In this document: positions 19,673 to 28,201 of the stretch, in pieces | Layout of the letters: each line of letters starts with the position of its first letter | Numbering within the stretch: position 1 is the first letter of the stretch | From: Anaerolineae bacterium | GTDB lineage: Bacteria; Chloroflexota; Anaerolineae; Aggregatilineales; Phototrophicaceae | Assembly (NCBI GenBank): GCA_019912985.1 | Contig: JAIOHN010000079.1 | Span: 1 to 60,275 of the forward strand | DNA: 60,275 nt | Reading direction: 5' to 3' | Notes under the pieces: generated by a model | Database searches by the model: none | Told to the model about the DNA's origin: nothing | What the model saw: the letters and a program-made list of their open reading frames with translations, nothing else | Made by a program: the position numbers and the translations under genes

Positions 19673-19990
19673 ATGAAATTTCTGAAACGAGCGCAACTAC
19701 CCGGTTTGGACACGATGGGGATGGTGTTGTTGGTATGGATATGCGCCCTCCCATTCATCGGTTTGTTGATCGCGCCGGTATTTGGAACCGCTGCAGCGCT
19801 CGCCGCTGCCCTTGCTCTGCTAATCGTCCTACTATTGTTCTGTTGGGGAAGCTGTATTCCAGCAGCTATCCGTTTCTACAAGGCAGAGAAAAGAAAAACT
19901 GTTGTTTCAAGCGAAACATCTCATCATTCTTTGGGAGACACAAAACTAACCCAGGGATTTGGGAAAGGCAGCAAGCATCTTGAACGATAA
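19673..19990 (+). CDS. small membrane protein
   Basis: GAAGGA RBS. Two hydrophobic helices. The upstream part of ORF 19523 contains the putative promoter, so the later start is preferred. Confidence 0.5.
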   Translation: MKFLKRAQLPGLDTMGMVLLVWICALPFIGLLIAPVFGTAAALAAALALLIVLLLFCWGSCIPAAIRFYKAEKRKTVVSSETSHHSLGDTKLTQGFGKGSKHLER

Positions 19991-20294
19991 CATACAAGCG
20001 AAAGATACATTGGCAAGCGCCCTGGAGGAAGCAACGACGGTCTATTTGAGCGTCTGGAATATGGATTGTCCGGAATGTGCTCGTTTCCTGCACGAAGGCC
20101 TGTCGCAAATGCATGGGGTCGTGCTTCTGGAGGTGTTCTACAGGCAGGGAGTCGCTGTCGTGACTTATGATCCGGGGTTGATTGGTGTCCGCGACATCGT
20201 AGAGGCTGTAGCGCTGATCGGTAAGAATAGGTGCCACTATTATGGCGCAGAAATCATCGGCCAGAGTCCTGCCCGGCAAGCACTGCGGTTGTAG
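19959..20294 (+). CDS. HMA-fold heavy-metal-binding protein with MDCPEC motif
   Basis: YLSVWNMDCPECARFLHEGLSQMHGVVLLEVFYRQGVAVVTYDP fits the ferredoxin-like HMA pattern with a CxxC. The start is uncertain (TTG). Confidence 0.6.
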   Translation: MGKAASILNDNIQAKDTLASALEEATTVYLSVWNMDCPECARFLHEGLSQMHGVVLLEVFYRQGVAVVTYDPGLIGVRDIVEAVALIGKNRCHYYGAEIIGQSPARQALRL

Positions 20295-20931
20295 AAATGG
20301 AAACAATTTGCCGCCTTGTGGGTGCGCGAGGGTAGGGCGAACCATTTCTGTCATCCCTGCAAACCTCTTTTCGCGGCAGGGGGTCGCCCTTGGGAGGAGC
20401 CATGAAAATGTGGAGCGTTGCCCGATGAGACACCTGGGTATGGTGTGCCGATGATTTTCGACAACTCCCGTAGGCAAGGAGATGATGATCTGCTCAACCA
20501 CGCCGCTTTTGTCCTCATGTGTCTTGTCCAGCCGAACACTTGGTTTGTTGAAGAATGCACCCGGCGAGGCGTTCGCTGCTTCGACACCTCAGCCTGCTGC
20601 GAATTCCTCTCTCGGATTGAGAGGCTACACACAAAGGCCAGAGCGCCCGATCAACTGTCGTTTTGAGTAGTGTGAGGCTGGCACACTCAAGGCATGCATT
20701 CTCGCTATCGTCGGTGCGCGAATCGCCAGTCCAATACACTCGTCAAGGTAATTTTCAACACTGGTTGACAGGAGCAGACCAAAGTTAGCAGCAAAGCCGA
20801 ATAGTCCCGACTAACCTGGCCGCATGATGTGAGGCTTTGCAGGACACAAACACCACGCCGACTTGGCGCGAGTTTCTCTACGATTTGTCGATTCCTTTTT
20901 TATAACGTTACACCATTTCGGGGAGCTAAGT

Positions 20932-23772
20932 ATGAACGAACAGAAAGACATGATTTTGATCACCGGCACCAGCGGTCGAATTGGCTACCCGCTGGCGAAA
21001 CGTTTGTCGGAATCGTTTAATGTCGTCGGCTTTGACCGTCGTGCGCCGTCGCATCCCCCTCCAAGCGCCGAATGTCTGTATGTGGATCTAACGCTTGAAG
21101 AAAGTGTCCGTCGCGGACTGGAGTCTATCCGCGAGCTGCACGGCAACCGGATCGCATCCGTAATCCACCTTGCCGCTTATTATGACTTTTCGGGCGCGCC
21201 GAGTCCGCTCTATGAAGAGATCACGGTACGCGGCACCGAGCGCCTGCTGCGGATGCTCCAGGATTTCGAGGTTGAGCAGTTCATATTTTCCAGCACGGAC
21301 CTGGTGTACGCGCCCGCTGCACCTGGGCAACGCATCAACGAAGAGTCGCCGCTCGATCCCAGATGGCCCTATCCCAAGTCAAAGGTCGCAACCGAGAAGG
21401 TGATTCACGCCGAACGCGGGAACATTCCCGCGGTGATCCTACGCATCGCCGGCGTCTACGACGACCTGTGCGATTCGATCCCACTGGCACAGCAGATGCA
21501 GCGCATTTACGAACGCGACGTTACCGCATATCTCTTTCCAGGCGACATCTCCGCTGGCCGCCAGGCGTTCGTGCATAACGACGATGTGCTGGATGCCATT
21601 ATGCTGGCGGTGGCGCGCCGCCGCGAACTATCATCGGAAGTGACGCTGCTCATCGGCGAGTCTGAGTCGCCCAGTTATGACGAGTTGCAGCGTTCTTTTG
21701 GGCAGTTGATCCATGGCATGGAATGGAAGACGCGCTCCCTTCCCAAGCCAGTGGCTAAAGTAGGTGCGATTCTGCAGGAGACACTGCCGTTGGGCCGCCC
21801 ACCCTTTATTAAATCGTGGATGATTGACCTCGCCACTGACAATATCCAACTCGACATCACACGCGCGCGCGCCGTCCTGGGCTGGGAGCCTAAGCGCTCG
21901 CTGCTCGATACGCTGCCGAAAATGGCGTTGGCGCTCAAAGCCGATCCGCTCGCATGGTATCGCGAGAATGAGATCGAGCCGCCCCTGTGGCTGCGAGAGT
22001 TGGTGCCCATGGACGATCAGGCCGCCGAGATCGAGCCGCATGAATTGATGCAGTTGGGCGACCAGGTCCGGCAGATGATGGCCGCGCCCGCACCGATTCC
22101 GATGTCCGAGCTGCACCGGCACGAGATGATGGAGATGGGCGAGTCGAATGCTGGTGATATGGGCTCGATGAAGATGGATATGGGGCACTCGGAGGAGCAA
22201 GGCGAAGTCGCATCCAAAGCGCTGCAGCTCGAACAATTGCGGGGACAGCAGAGACGGTTGGAACGGGCGTATCAACGCGAAGTGGCGGCGCAAAAACAGG
22301 AGGATGCCAGGGCACGCGAGTTGATGGAGCGCGACCCGCACGCGCACGTCGAGATGATGAAGATGGCTCAACAGCATCGTCAGCTGGCGCTCGAACTCCC
22401 GCGTGTGCTGCTGCGGTATGAAACCCAGGTCTACCAGGCAATGCAAAATGCGCAGGAGAGGGCGCTCGCTCGGACACCCGATACCAGCCAGATGATGTGG
22501 CAGATGGTCGCCATGGCGCATTGGTCGCAAATTCCGCTGCTTGCGCTCGGCGCGTGGCTAATCGCCAGTCCATTTACGCTCGGCTATGACAGTGTGCCGC
22601 TGACCTGGAGCGACGTGATCAGCGGAATCTTGGTGATCGTGCTGGCGGTGATTGCTTTTCGCACGGGTCGTATCTGGGCCGCGGTAGCAAATACGTTCGT
22701 CGGCTTGTGGCTCCTGTTCGCCCCGCTTGCTTACTGGGCGCCGGACGCTGTCGCGTATGCAAATGATACGCTGGTCGGCACGCTGGTGATTGTGTTTGCC
22801 TTCATTGTTCCGATGTTGATGCAAATGCCTGGGCCCGAAGTGCCGCTCGGGTGGTCCTACAATCCCTCGACCTGGCCGCAGCGCGCCCCTATTCTTTTAT
22901 TCGCGCTGTTGAGCTTTCTCCTGGCGCGCTACATGGCGGCGTTCCAGTTGGGTCACATCGCCTGGGCGTGGGATCCGTTTTTCGGTGATGGCACAGTTCG
23001 GGTCCTTACTTCGAGCGTGTCGAAAGCCTTTCCCATCGCCGATGCCGGCTTGGGCGCGTTCACGTACCTGGTGGAACTCCTGTCGGGCTTCATGGGCGAC
23101 CCACGCCGCTGGCGCACAATGCCATGGATGGTGGCGCTCTTTGGCTTTATGGTCGTGCCGCTCGGCATCGTCAGCGTAATACTGATTATTTTACAGCCCG
23201 TAGCCGTCGGCGCGTGGTGTACGTTCTGTCTGCTATCCGCGCTCTTCATGCTGATTATGGTCGCGCTCTCACTCGACGAAGTGATCGCGATGCTCCAGTT
23301 TCTGCTGCAGACCCGCCGCGCGGGCAAATCTGTATGGCGCACTTTCTGGCTCGGCGGCAATGCCCTGGGCGATAGGCTGACACCGCGCCGCCCGGAGACA
23401 ACGCAGCCGTTCCAAATGTTCTGGGGCGCGACTGCGCCGTGGAATCTGCTTATCAGCGCAGCGCTCGGCGTCTGGTTAATGGCCGCGCCCTCAATTTTTC
23501 AGACCCAGGGACCGGCAGCCCACAGTGATCACATACTCGGCGCCCTGGTCGTAACGGTTTCCATTATCGCTTTTGCCGAAGTGGCGCGCGCGGCGCGGTT
23601 TATTAACATCCTGCTGGCCTTGGGCATAATCGCGCTACCCTGGCTGCTCGGCGGCGCAACGCCGACGTCGGGCATCAACGATCTGATCATTGGCGTGTTG
23701 ATCATCGCACTGAGCATCCCGCCAGGCAAAATTAAGAACACGTATGCCGGTTGGAATCCGTTTATTGTATGA
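20932..23772 (+). CDS. fusion protein: NAD-dependent epimerase/dehydratase (SDR) + Met/His-rich coiled region + SPW-repeat/VKOR-like membrane domain
   Basis: GGGAG RBS. N-terminus ILITGTSGRIGYPLAKRL...YPKSK (Rossmann plus YxxxK). Middle segment HRHEMMEMGESNAGDMGSMKMDMGHSEE and HAHVEMMKMAQQH. C-terminus has about 10 TM segments with SPW-like repeats (GAWLIASPFTLGY) and a VKOR-like CTFC in a TM helix. Confidence 0.75.
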   Translation: MNEQKDMILITGTSGRIGYPLAKRLSESFNVVGFDRRAPSHPPPSAECLYVDLTLEESVRRGLESIRELHGNRIASVIHLAAYYDFSGAPSPLYEEITVRGTERLLRMLQDFEVEQFIFSSTDLVYAPAAPGQRINEESPLDPRWPYPKSKVATEKVIHAERGNIPAVILRIAGVYDDLCDSIPLAQQMQRIYERDVTAYLFPGDISAGRQAFVHNDDVLDAIMLAVARRRELSSEVTLLIGESESPSYDELQRSFGQLIHGMEWKTRSLPKPVAKVGAILQETLPLGRPPFIKSWMIDLATDNIQLDITRARAVLGWEPKRSLLDTLPKMALALKADPLAWYRENEIEPPLWLRELVPMDDQAAEIEPHELMQLGDQVRQMMAAPAPIPMSELHRHEMMEMGESNAGDMGSMKMDMGHSEEQGEVASKALQLEQLRGQQRRLERAYQREVAAQKQEDARARELMERDPHAHVEMMKMAQQHRQLALELPRVLLRYETQVYQAMQNAQERALARTPDTSQMMWQMVAMAHWSQIPLLALGAWLIASPFTLGYDSVPLTWSDVISGILVIVLAVIAFRTGRIWAAVANTFVGLWLLFAPLAYWAPDAVAYANDTLVGTLVIVFAFIVPMLMQMPGPEVPLGWSYNPSTWPQRAPILLFALLSFLLARYMAAFQLGHIAWAWDPFFGDGTVRVLTSSVSKAFPIADAGLGAFTYLVELLSGFMGDPRRWRTMPWMVALFGFMVVPLGIVSVILIILQPVAVGAWCTFCLLSALFMLIMVALSLDEVIAMLQFLLQTRRAGKSVWRTFWLGGNALGDRLTPRRPETTQPFQMFWGATAPWNLLISAALGVWLMAAPSIFQTQGPAAHSDHILGALVVTVSIIAFAEVARAARFINILLALGIIALPWLLGGATPTSGINDLIIGVLIIALSIPPGKIKNTYAGWNPFIV

Positions 23773-24492
23773 TTGTTTGGTCAGGTTCCTGGTTTCAACC
23801 ACACAGAGGATGGTGGTTTGCAACACATCGGTTAGATTTCTCGCGATGCTCACTGGAAAGTAATTTCACCAGATGGCAGCGCACAAGTGCCGATGCTGAC
23901 GGGCCAACGCGGTGTTTACGAACTGGTCATTGGACATGCTCCGCTGCCGTTCATTGAGGCGCGAGAAAATTCGCCAGCGTCGGCGGTGCCATGGAGCAAC
24001 GCAGGGACATAGACGATTCGCAGGAAGCAAACATGAAGTGCATGGTTCGACCGGCACGGTCATGCCGCTGTATTGAGCACGTGCGAGTGTCTGACATTGG
24101 TGCACAGCCGCAAAGATGGGGGTGATTGCATCGAGCTAGTTTCTCAGCGTTTTGTCAAGGCTAGAACAGGCAGCAGGATTGACATGTGGACATTCGATCA
24201 TTAGCCATGGTGAGTTCAAAAGGGGAATGCTGTGCATTCCTATCGAGAGGTGGGCAAGGATTTATTCAAGTTCTTGTGGACGGGTGACAGCGAAGGGTAT
24301 AGAACCGTGTGGCGCGGGGTTCAGTTGCTGGTTTGGAGATTTGCTCCCACGGACCGGTTCCCGGTCGGCACCGGCATCGGGTTCACGTTTTTGTGGCGAG
24401 CGTGATGGGAAGTTCTTCTGATAACAATTGGTGAGTCAGCAGCGCCCCGAAATAGGGTGGAGTGAGGGTGTAAAGAACCATAGAACCCGTCA

Positions 24493-24534
24493 TGCCAAAT
24501 GCGACTCGGTTTTCCAGCTATTACTGTTCATACT
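24493..24534 (+). promoter_or_regulatory. weak motif copy TGCCAAATGCGA + 24 nt + CATACT upstream of gnd
   Basis: The geometry matches, but the hexamer starts with C and lies only 18 nt from the start codon. Confidence 0.2.
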
Positions 24535-24551
24535 GAAAAGGAGTCAAGCCA

Positions 24552-25454
24552 ATGCAGTGCGGAATGATCGGATTAGGACGGATGGGGGCTAACATGGCGC
24601 GCCGCTTGATTCGCGGCGGACACGCAGTCGTCGTCAGTAACAGAAGCCCCGGTCCGATTGAAGACCTAAAGGCCGAAGGAGCAGTAGGTGTACGCACGCT
24701 CGGCGAATTGGTCGAACGGCTGGCGACGCCGCGCGCCATCTGGGTTTCGCTGCCTGCGGGGGCAGTGACGGAAAATACCCTGAATCAACTCGTGCCGCTC
24801 CTCACGCGTGGCGATCTGATCGTGGATGCAGGCAACTCGTTTTACAAAGACACGATCAGGCGCGCTGAACGGTTCAAAGAGAGCGGCCTCGATTTTCTCG
24901 ATCAAGGGACGAGCAGCGGCATCTGGGGCCTGGAGAACGGATTCTGTCTGATGATTGGCGGCTCACGCGCAGGCTTCGAGCATCTTGAGCCGGCCTTCAA
25001 AACGCTCGCGCCGCCTGAGGGCTACCTGTATACAGGGCCGTGCGGGTCGGGGCACTTCGTCAAAATGGTGCATAACGGGATCGAGTACGGCATGCTCCAG
25101 GCCTATGGCGAGGGCTTTGAGGTTCTCAAGGCGTCAGACTTCGACGCGCTCGATCTGCATGCGATCTCACACCTGTGGAATCAGGGCAGTGTCGTTCGTT
25201 CGTGGCTGCTTGAGCTGGCCGAGCGCGCTTTCGCGAAAGAGCCTGATCTCGCTTCGATTCGCGGCTATGTAGAGGACTCGGGCGAGGGGCGGTGGACGGT
25301 GATCGAATCCATTGAAAAGAACGTGCCCGCGCCTGTCCTGGCGCTCTCGCTCCTGATGCGCTTTCGTTCGCGGCAAGAGGACAGCTTTAGTGCGAAGGTG
25401 ATTGCCGCACTGCGCAACGAATTTGGCGGTCATACCATTACGCCCGCCAACTGA
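24552..25454 (+). CDS. gnd: 6-phosphogluconate dehydrogenase, short (about 300 aa) decarboxylating type
   Basis: AAAGGAG RBS. MIGLGRMGANMARRL and GSGHFVKMVHNGIEYGMLQAYGEGFEVL. Confidence 0.85.
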   Translation: MQCGMIGLGRMGANMARRLIRGGHAVVVSNRSPGPIEDLKAEGAVGVRTLGELVERLATPRAIWVSLPAGAVTENTLNQLVPLLTRGDLIVDAGNSFYKDTIRRAERFKESGLDFLDQGTSSGIWGLENGFCLMIGGSRAGFEHLEPAFKTLAPPEGYLYTGPCGSGHFVKMVHNGIEYGMLQAYGEGFEVLKASDFDALDLHAISHLWNQGSVVRSWLLELAERAFAKEPDLASIRGYVEDSGEGRWTVIESIEKNVPAPVLALSLLMRFRSRQEDSFSAKVIAALRNEFGGHTITPAN

Positions 25455-25680
25455 AGAACCTCTCGACTTTCTAAGATTTCGAAACGGATGCACAATGACG
25501 ATCAATTGCTTACTGATGAGCGAGTGCAAGGTCTAGCAGCGGAAGCAGATCACGTTACTGAGCCTTTTACTTGGCCGGTAACCATGGTAATGACAGAAGC
25601 GACAAAATAGTGCCTGCACAAGTGGCAGAGGCCTGGAAACCCGTTGGCAGCGTCCCCGCTAAACAGCGCACGCCGGCATG

Positions 25681-25723
25681 AGCCAAATAGCGCTCGTGGT
25701 GTTCATCCCAAGTGGCATACAAT
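25681..25723 (+). promoter_or_regulatory. motif copy AGCCAAATAGCG + 25 nt + TACAAT (putative promoter of the 25761-28076 operon)
   Basis: Read directly. The spacer is one nt longer than in the other copies. The hexamer lies 38 nt upstream of the GTG start. Confidence 0.45.
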
Positions 25724-25760
25724 GGTCTTGAACCATAACGCTATATGAGGAGAAACCATC

Positions 25761-26054
25761 GTGGAACCCAATCATACCGATGCAAATCGGCGCTGGCATA
25801 ACCGACCTGTTGTCTGGAGTGCGGGTGTTGGTCTGCTCGTAGCGCTGCTGGCGATTGTCTATTTCAATGTGCCAGTCAGTACCGTCGTCTCCTGGGGCAT
25901 TTTCATCGCGCTCATGTTCGGCAGCCACCTCTTGCATGGTGGTCATGGCAGCCACGGACAACGAAGCAATTCCTGGTCAGGCACGGATAAGCGAATCCTT
26001 GCCGCTCAACCCGTCAAGGTCGATCAAACTGACCATTCGCGCGGCTGCCATTAG
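25761..26054 (+). CDS. DUF2933-like small membrane protein with His-rich tail
   Basis: GAGGAG RBS and GTG start. Two TM helices then SHLLHGGHGSHG. Confidence 0.55.
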   Translation: MEPNHTDANRRWHNRPVVWSAGVGLLVALLAIVYFNVPVSTVVSWGIFIALMFGSHLLHGGHGSHGQRSNSWSGTDKRILAAQPVKVDQTDHSRGCH

Positions 26055-26077
26055 GCCCACCTGGAGGAGAGCAGGAA

Positions 26078-26377
26078 ATGAACAAGGATTGCTACGTGGA
26101 TCCAATTCAAAAAACCGCTACCCGGGAAGAACGGGAATCGGTGAAGCAGATACTGCTCACCGTGCGGGGTATGGGATATTCCAACTGTGCCATACGTGTG
26201 CATAACAGTTTGGCTGCGCTCAAAGGTGTGATTAATGCCCATGTGGAATTTACCACGGAGACAGCCGAAGTGGAGTTCAATCCTCACATAGTCGCCATTC
26301 CAACGCTGATCGACGCGGTTGCTGAAGCAGGGCGCGATGGCCGACATGCATACAGCGCTGCCCTACTCATTGAGTGA
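26078..26377 (+). CDS. HMA-fold protein with degenerate metal motif (GMGYSNC)
   Basis: GGAGGAG RBS. ILLTVRGMGYSNCAIRVHNSLAALKGVINAHVEFTTETAEVEF keeps the HMA fold pattern, but the first Cys of GMTCxxC is replaced by Tyr. Confidence 0.6.
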   Translation: MNKDCYVDPIQKTATREERESVKQILLTVRGMGYSNCAIRVHNSLAALKGVINAHVEFTTETAEVEFNPHIVAIPTLIDAVAEAGRDGRHAYSAALLIE

Positions 26378-26410
26378 CCCAATGGCTGAAGTCAATGGAG
26401 ATTATTTCCG

Positions 26411-27472
26411 GTGAATGTTGCGACTACCGGTTCCGCCATGCCAACCCACACTGCTGAAAAACTGGATACGGAGCGCGACGCGATCACTCACTTTATTCAG
26501 ATGGTAGGGGAAACTGCGATTCCAGTTGATCCGGTTGCTTTTATCAACCTGTATGTGTCGCTTAAGTCCAAACCTCTGGCAATTCTGACGGGGACAGCAC
26601 GCAGTGGCAAGACTGAGGCAGTTGGGCGTTTAGCTCAATTCTTAACGGACGGTGATCCCATCCGCAGCCAGATGATGAACGGTCATGCGTGGTGGGCTCA
26701 GAATACCCATGATGTAGCGTTCTTCATCGAGGCTCAGGCCCGTTTCAATACCGCCAAAATGCTTGCCGTTATCGAAGAAGCATGGCAACCCAACAATACG
26801 AACCGGGTATTCGTGGCCTGTTTGACCCACATGAGTCCGACTGAAGTGATCAGCTTTTTCTCTGAACTAGCTTTCCAACTCCAGCATGGGCAGATCATGC
26901 GCTTACCCCGTGCTCACCTGACTGAGCCCATTCCTTACCCGCCGAATTTACTCCTGATCGGAACCATGGATACTTCGCACTTCGACTGGTCTGATGAGGC
27001 CCTGCTTTCGAAGACTACCCTCATTCAATGGCCGGGGGGCGAAATAAAACGATCCACACAACCAGATTGGGAGACCATCCCCCTCAGAGAAACCCACTTC
27101 CTGGATTCGCTGATTCGCACGGAGGCGGCGGCCCGCCTGAAGCTCTGCCATATCCTGGGGAGTGAACAACCGGTTCTGCTCCCGCTGCACTTAGTCGAGA
27201 GAGTATTGATTGGGCAGGAAATTCGATTGCCAGGCTCAGTTAAAGGTGAGACTTTGATTTATATTGCCAACGCCTGGTCGAAAACGGGGGTCGGCCTTTT
27301 TAGTCAGGGCACATCCAACAACTTCACCATAGCGCTTGACATGGCGATTGTGCAAATACTTTTTCCGCGCATCAGCGCAAAAATCCGCGATAATCCGACA
27401 CTGCGAAGGCGGTTGCAGGAAGCGCTGAGCGAGTTTCCAAAGGCTGTTGAGGTTCTGGAAAGTTTGAACTGA
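26411..27472 (+). CDS. McrB/AAA_5-like P-loop protein with degenerate Walker B
   Basis: Walker A GTARSGKT. FVACLTHMSPTEVISFFSELAFQLQ aligns by eye with the McrB block hhhhDEiNR-ski-FGEl-llE. PPNLLLIGTMDTSHFDWSDEALLSK aligns with iP-Nl-iiGTMNtaDrs-D-AlrRRF. Confidence 0.55.
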   Translation: MNVATTGSAMPTHTAEKLDTERDAITHFIQMVGETAIPVDPVAFINLYVSLKSKPLAILTGTARSGKTEAVGRLAQFLTDGDPIRSQMMNGHAWWAQNTHDVAFFIEAQARFNTAKMLAVIEEAWQPNNTNRVFVACLTHMSPTEVISFFSELAFQLQHGQIMRLPRAHLTEPIPYPPNLLLIGTMDTSHFDWSDEALLSKTTLIQWPGGEIKRSTQPDWETIPLRETHFLDSLIRTEAAARLKLCHILGSEQPVLLPLHLVERVLIGQEIRLPGSVKGETLIYIANAWSKTGVGLFSQGTSNNFTIALDMAIVQILFPRISAKIRDNPTLRRRLQEALSEFPKAVEVLESLN

Positions 27473-27504
27473 AATCTGTCTACAAGTACAAGGAGGTGAG
27501 AAAG

Positions 27505-27681
27505 ATGAATGTGAAAGACCCGGTCTGTGGTATGGAGATCGATCCCAAAGAGGCCGCTGGCAAATCGGAATACCAGGGGCACACGTACTACTTCTGTTCA
27601 TCCGATTGCAAGAAAGCTTTCGATAAAGAACCGGAGAAGTACGTCGGCAGACACGAGGAGCATGGCGGCCATCACCATTAG
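27505..27681 (+). CDS. YHS/TRASH-domain metal-binding protein with His-rich tail
   Basis: AAGGAGG RBS. DPVCGMEIDPKEAAGKSEYQGHTYYFCSSDCKKAFDKEPEKY, then HEEHGGHHH. Confidence 0.85.
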   Translation: MNVKDPVCGMEIDPKEAAGKSEYQGHTYYFCSSDCKKAFDKEPEKYVGRHEEHGGHHH

Positions 27682-27696
27682 TTTATCACTCGTGCC

Positions 27697-27733
27697 GGAG
27701 CGGTTCTGTTCCCATGAGCCGCTCCTTTTTATT
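27697..27733 (+). terminator. putative rho-independent terminator
   Basis: GGAGCGG (27697-27703) pairs with CCGCTCC (27719-27725), followed by TTTTTATTT. Confidence 0.55.
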
Positions 27734-27824
27734 TGACTTTTATTCAGACCACTAGATGTCCACGACTGTGATTGTATTCATGGTTATGTTAGGAACAGCG
27801 TAACTGAACAGCGCAGTCCAACCC

Positions 27825-28076
27825 ATGAAATCTAGCCCTCTTTACATTATGAACCGCGAGGAGTTGGACGAGTTTACTCGCCATCTCCAGCGAATGACAA
27901 ACCGTTTGGCACTCACCATCCTGCTTGCAGCGACTATTGTGGTGCTCGGACTGATGATGATCATCTATCATTCGCCTGGCTGGGAGCAGTATGGCGGCTG
28001 GATCTTTGGGTTAGGCTTTCTGTTTGCACTCGGGTTCGGTGCCTGGCTAATGTGGGAACTCTGGCGGTCTGGGTAA
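27825..28076 (+). CDS. small membrane protein
   Basis: ORF with two hydrophobic helices. No family recognised. Confidence 0.4.
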   Translation: MKSSPLYIMNREELDEFTRHLQRMTNRLALTILLAATIVVLGLMMIIYHSPGWEQYGGWIFGLGFLFALGFGAWLMWELWRSG

Positions 28077-28113
28077 CCATAGGCTTCCCCGCTGAAACAC
28101 GCGGTTCTGTCTA

Positions 28114-28155
28114 CGCCATTTGGCGCTTTTACAAGATACCGGAAACGAGTAAGGT
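28114..28155 (+). promoter_or_regulatory. palindrome CGCCATTTGGCG + 24 nt + TAAGGT (putative gap-pckA promoter)
   Basis: Palindrome 28114-28125, 24-nt spacer, hexamer 28150-28155, 46 nt upstream of the gap ATG. Confidence 0.5.
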
Positions 28156-28201
28156 GTGATTGTTGAAATTCCTCAATCCGATCACCTGTTGGGAGGTAAA
28201 C

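Noticed and set aside
19866-20501. 211-aa minus-strand ORF overlapping the HMA gene and the following gap
   Set aside because: The composition is not protein-like and there is no RBS. It overlaps a better-supported plus-strand HMA gene.
20856-20868. CGCCGACTTGGCG upstream of the SDR-VKOR gene as a motif copy
   Set aside because: The arms are separated by one extra nucleotide, and there is no hexamer at the fixed offset.
21631-22530. 299-aa ORF (plus a 212-aa ORF at 21935-22573) on the minus strand opposite the SDR-VKOR gene
   Set aside because: The translation is Arg/His/Leu/Pro-rich and low in complexity, typical of shadow ORFs opposite a GC-rich coding strand. The plus-strand frame carries recognisable domains.
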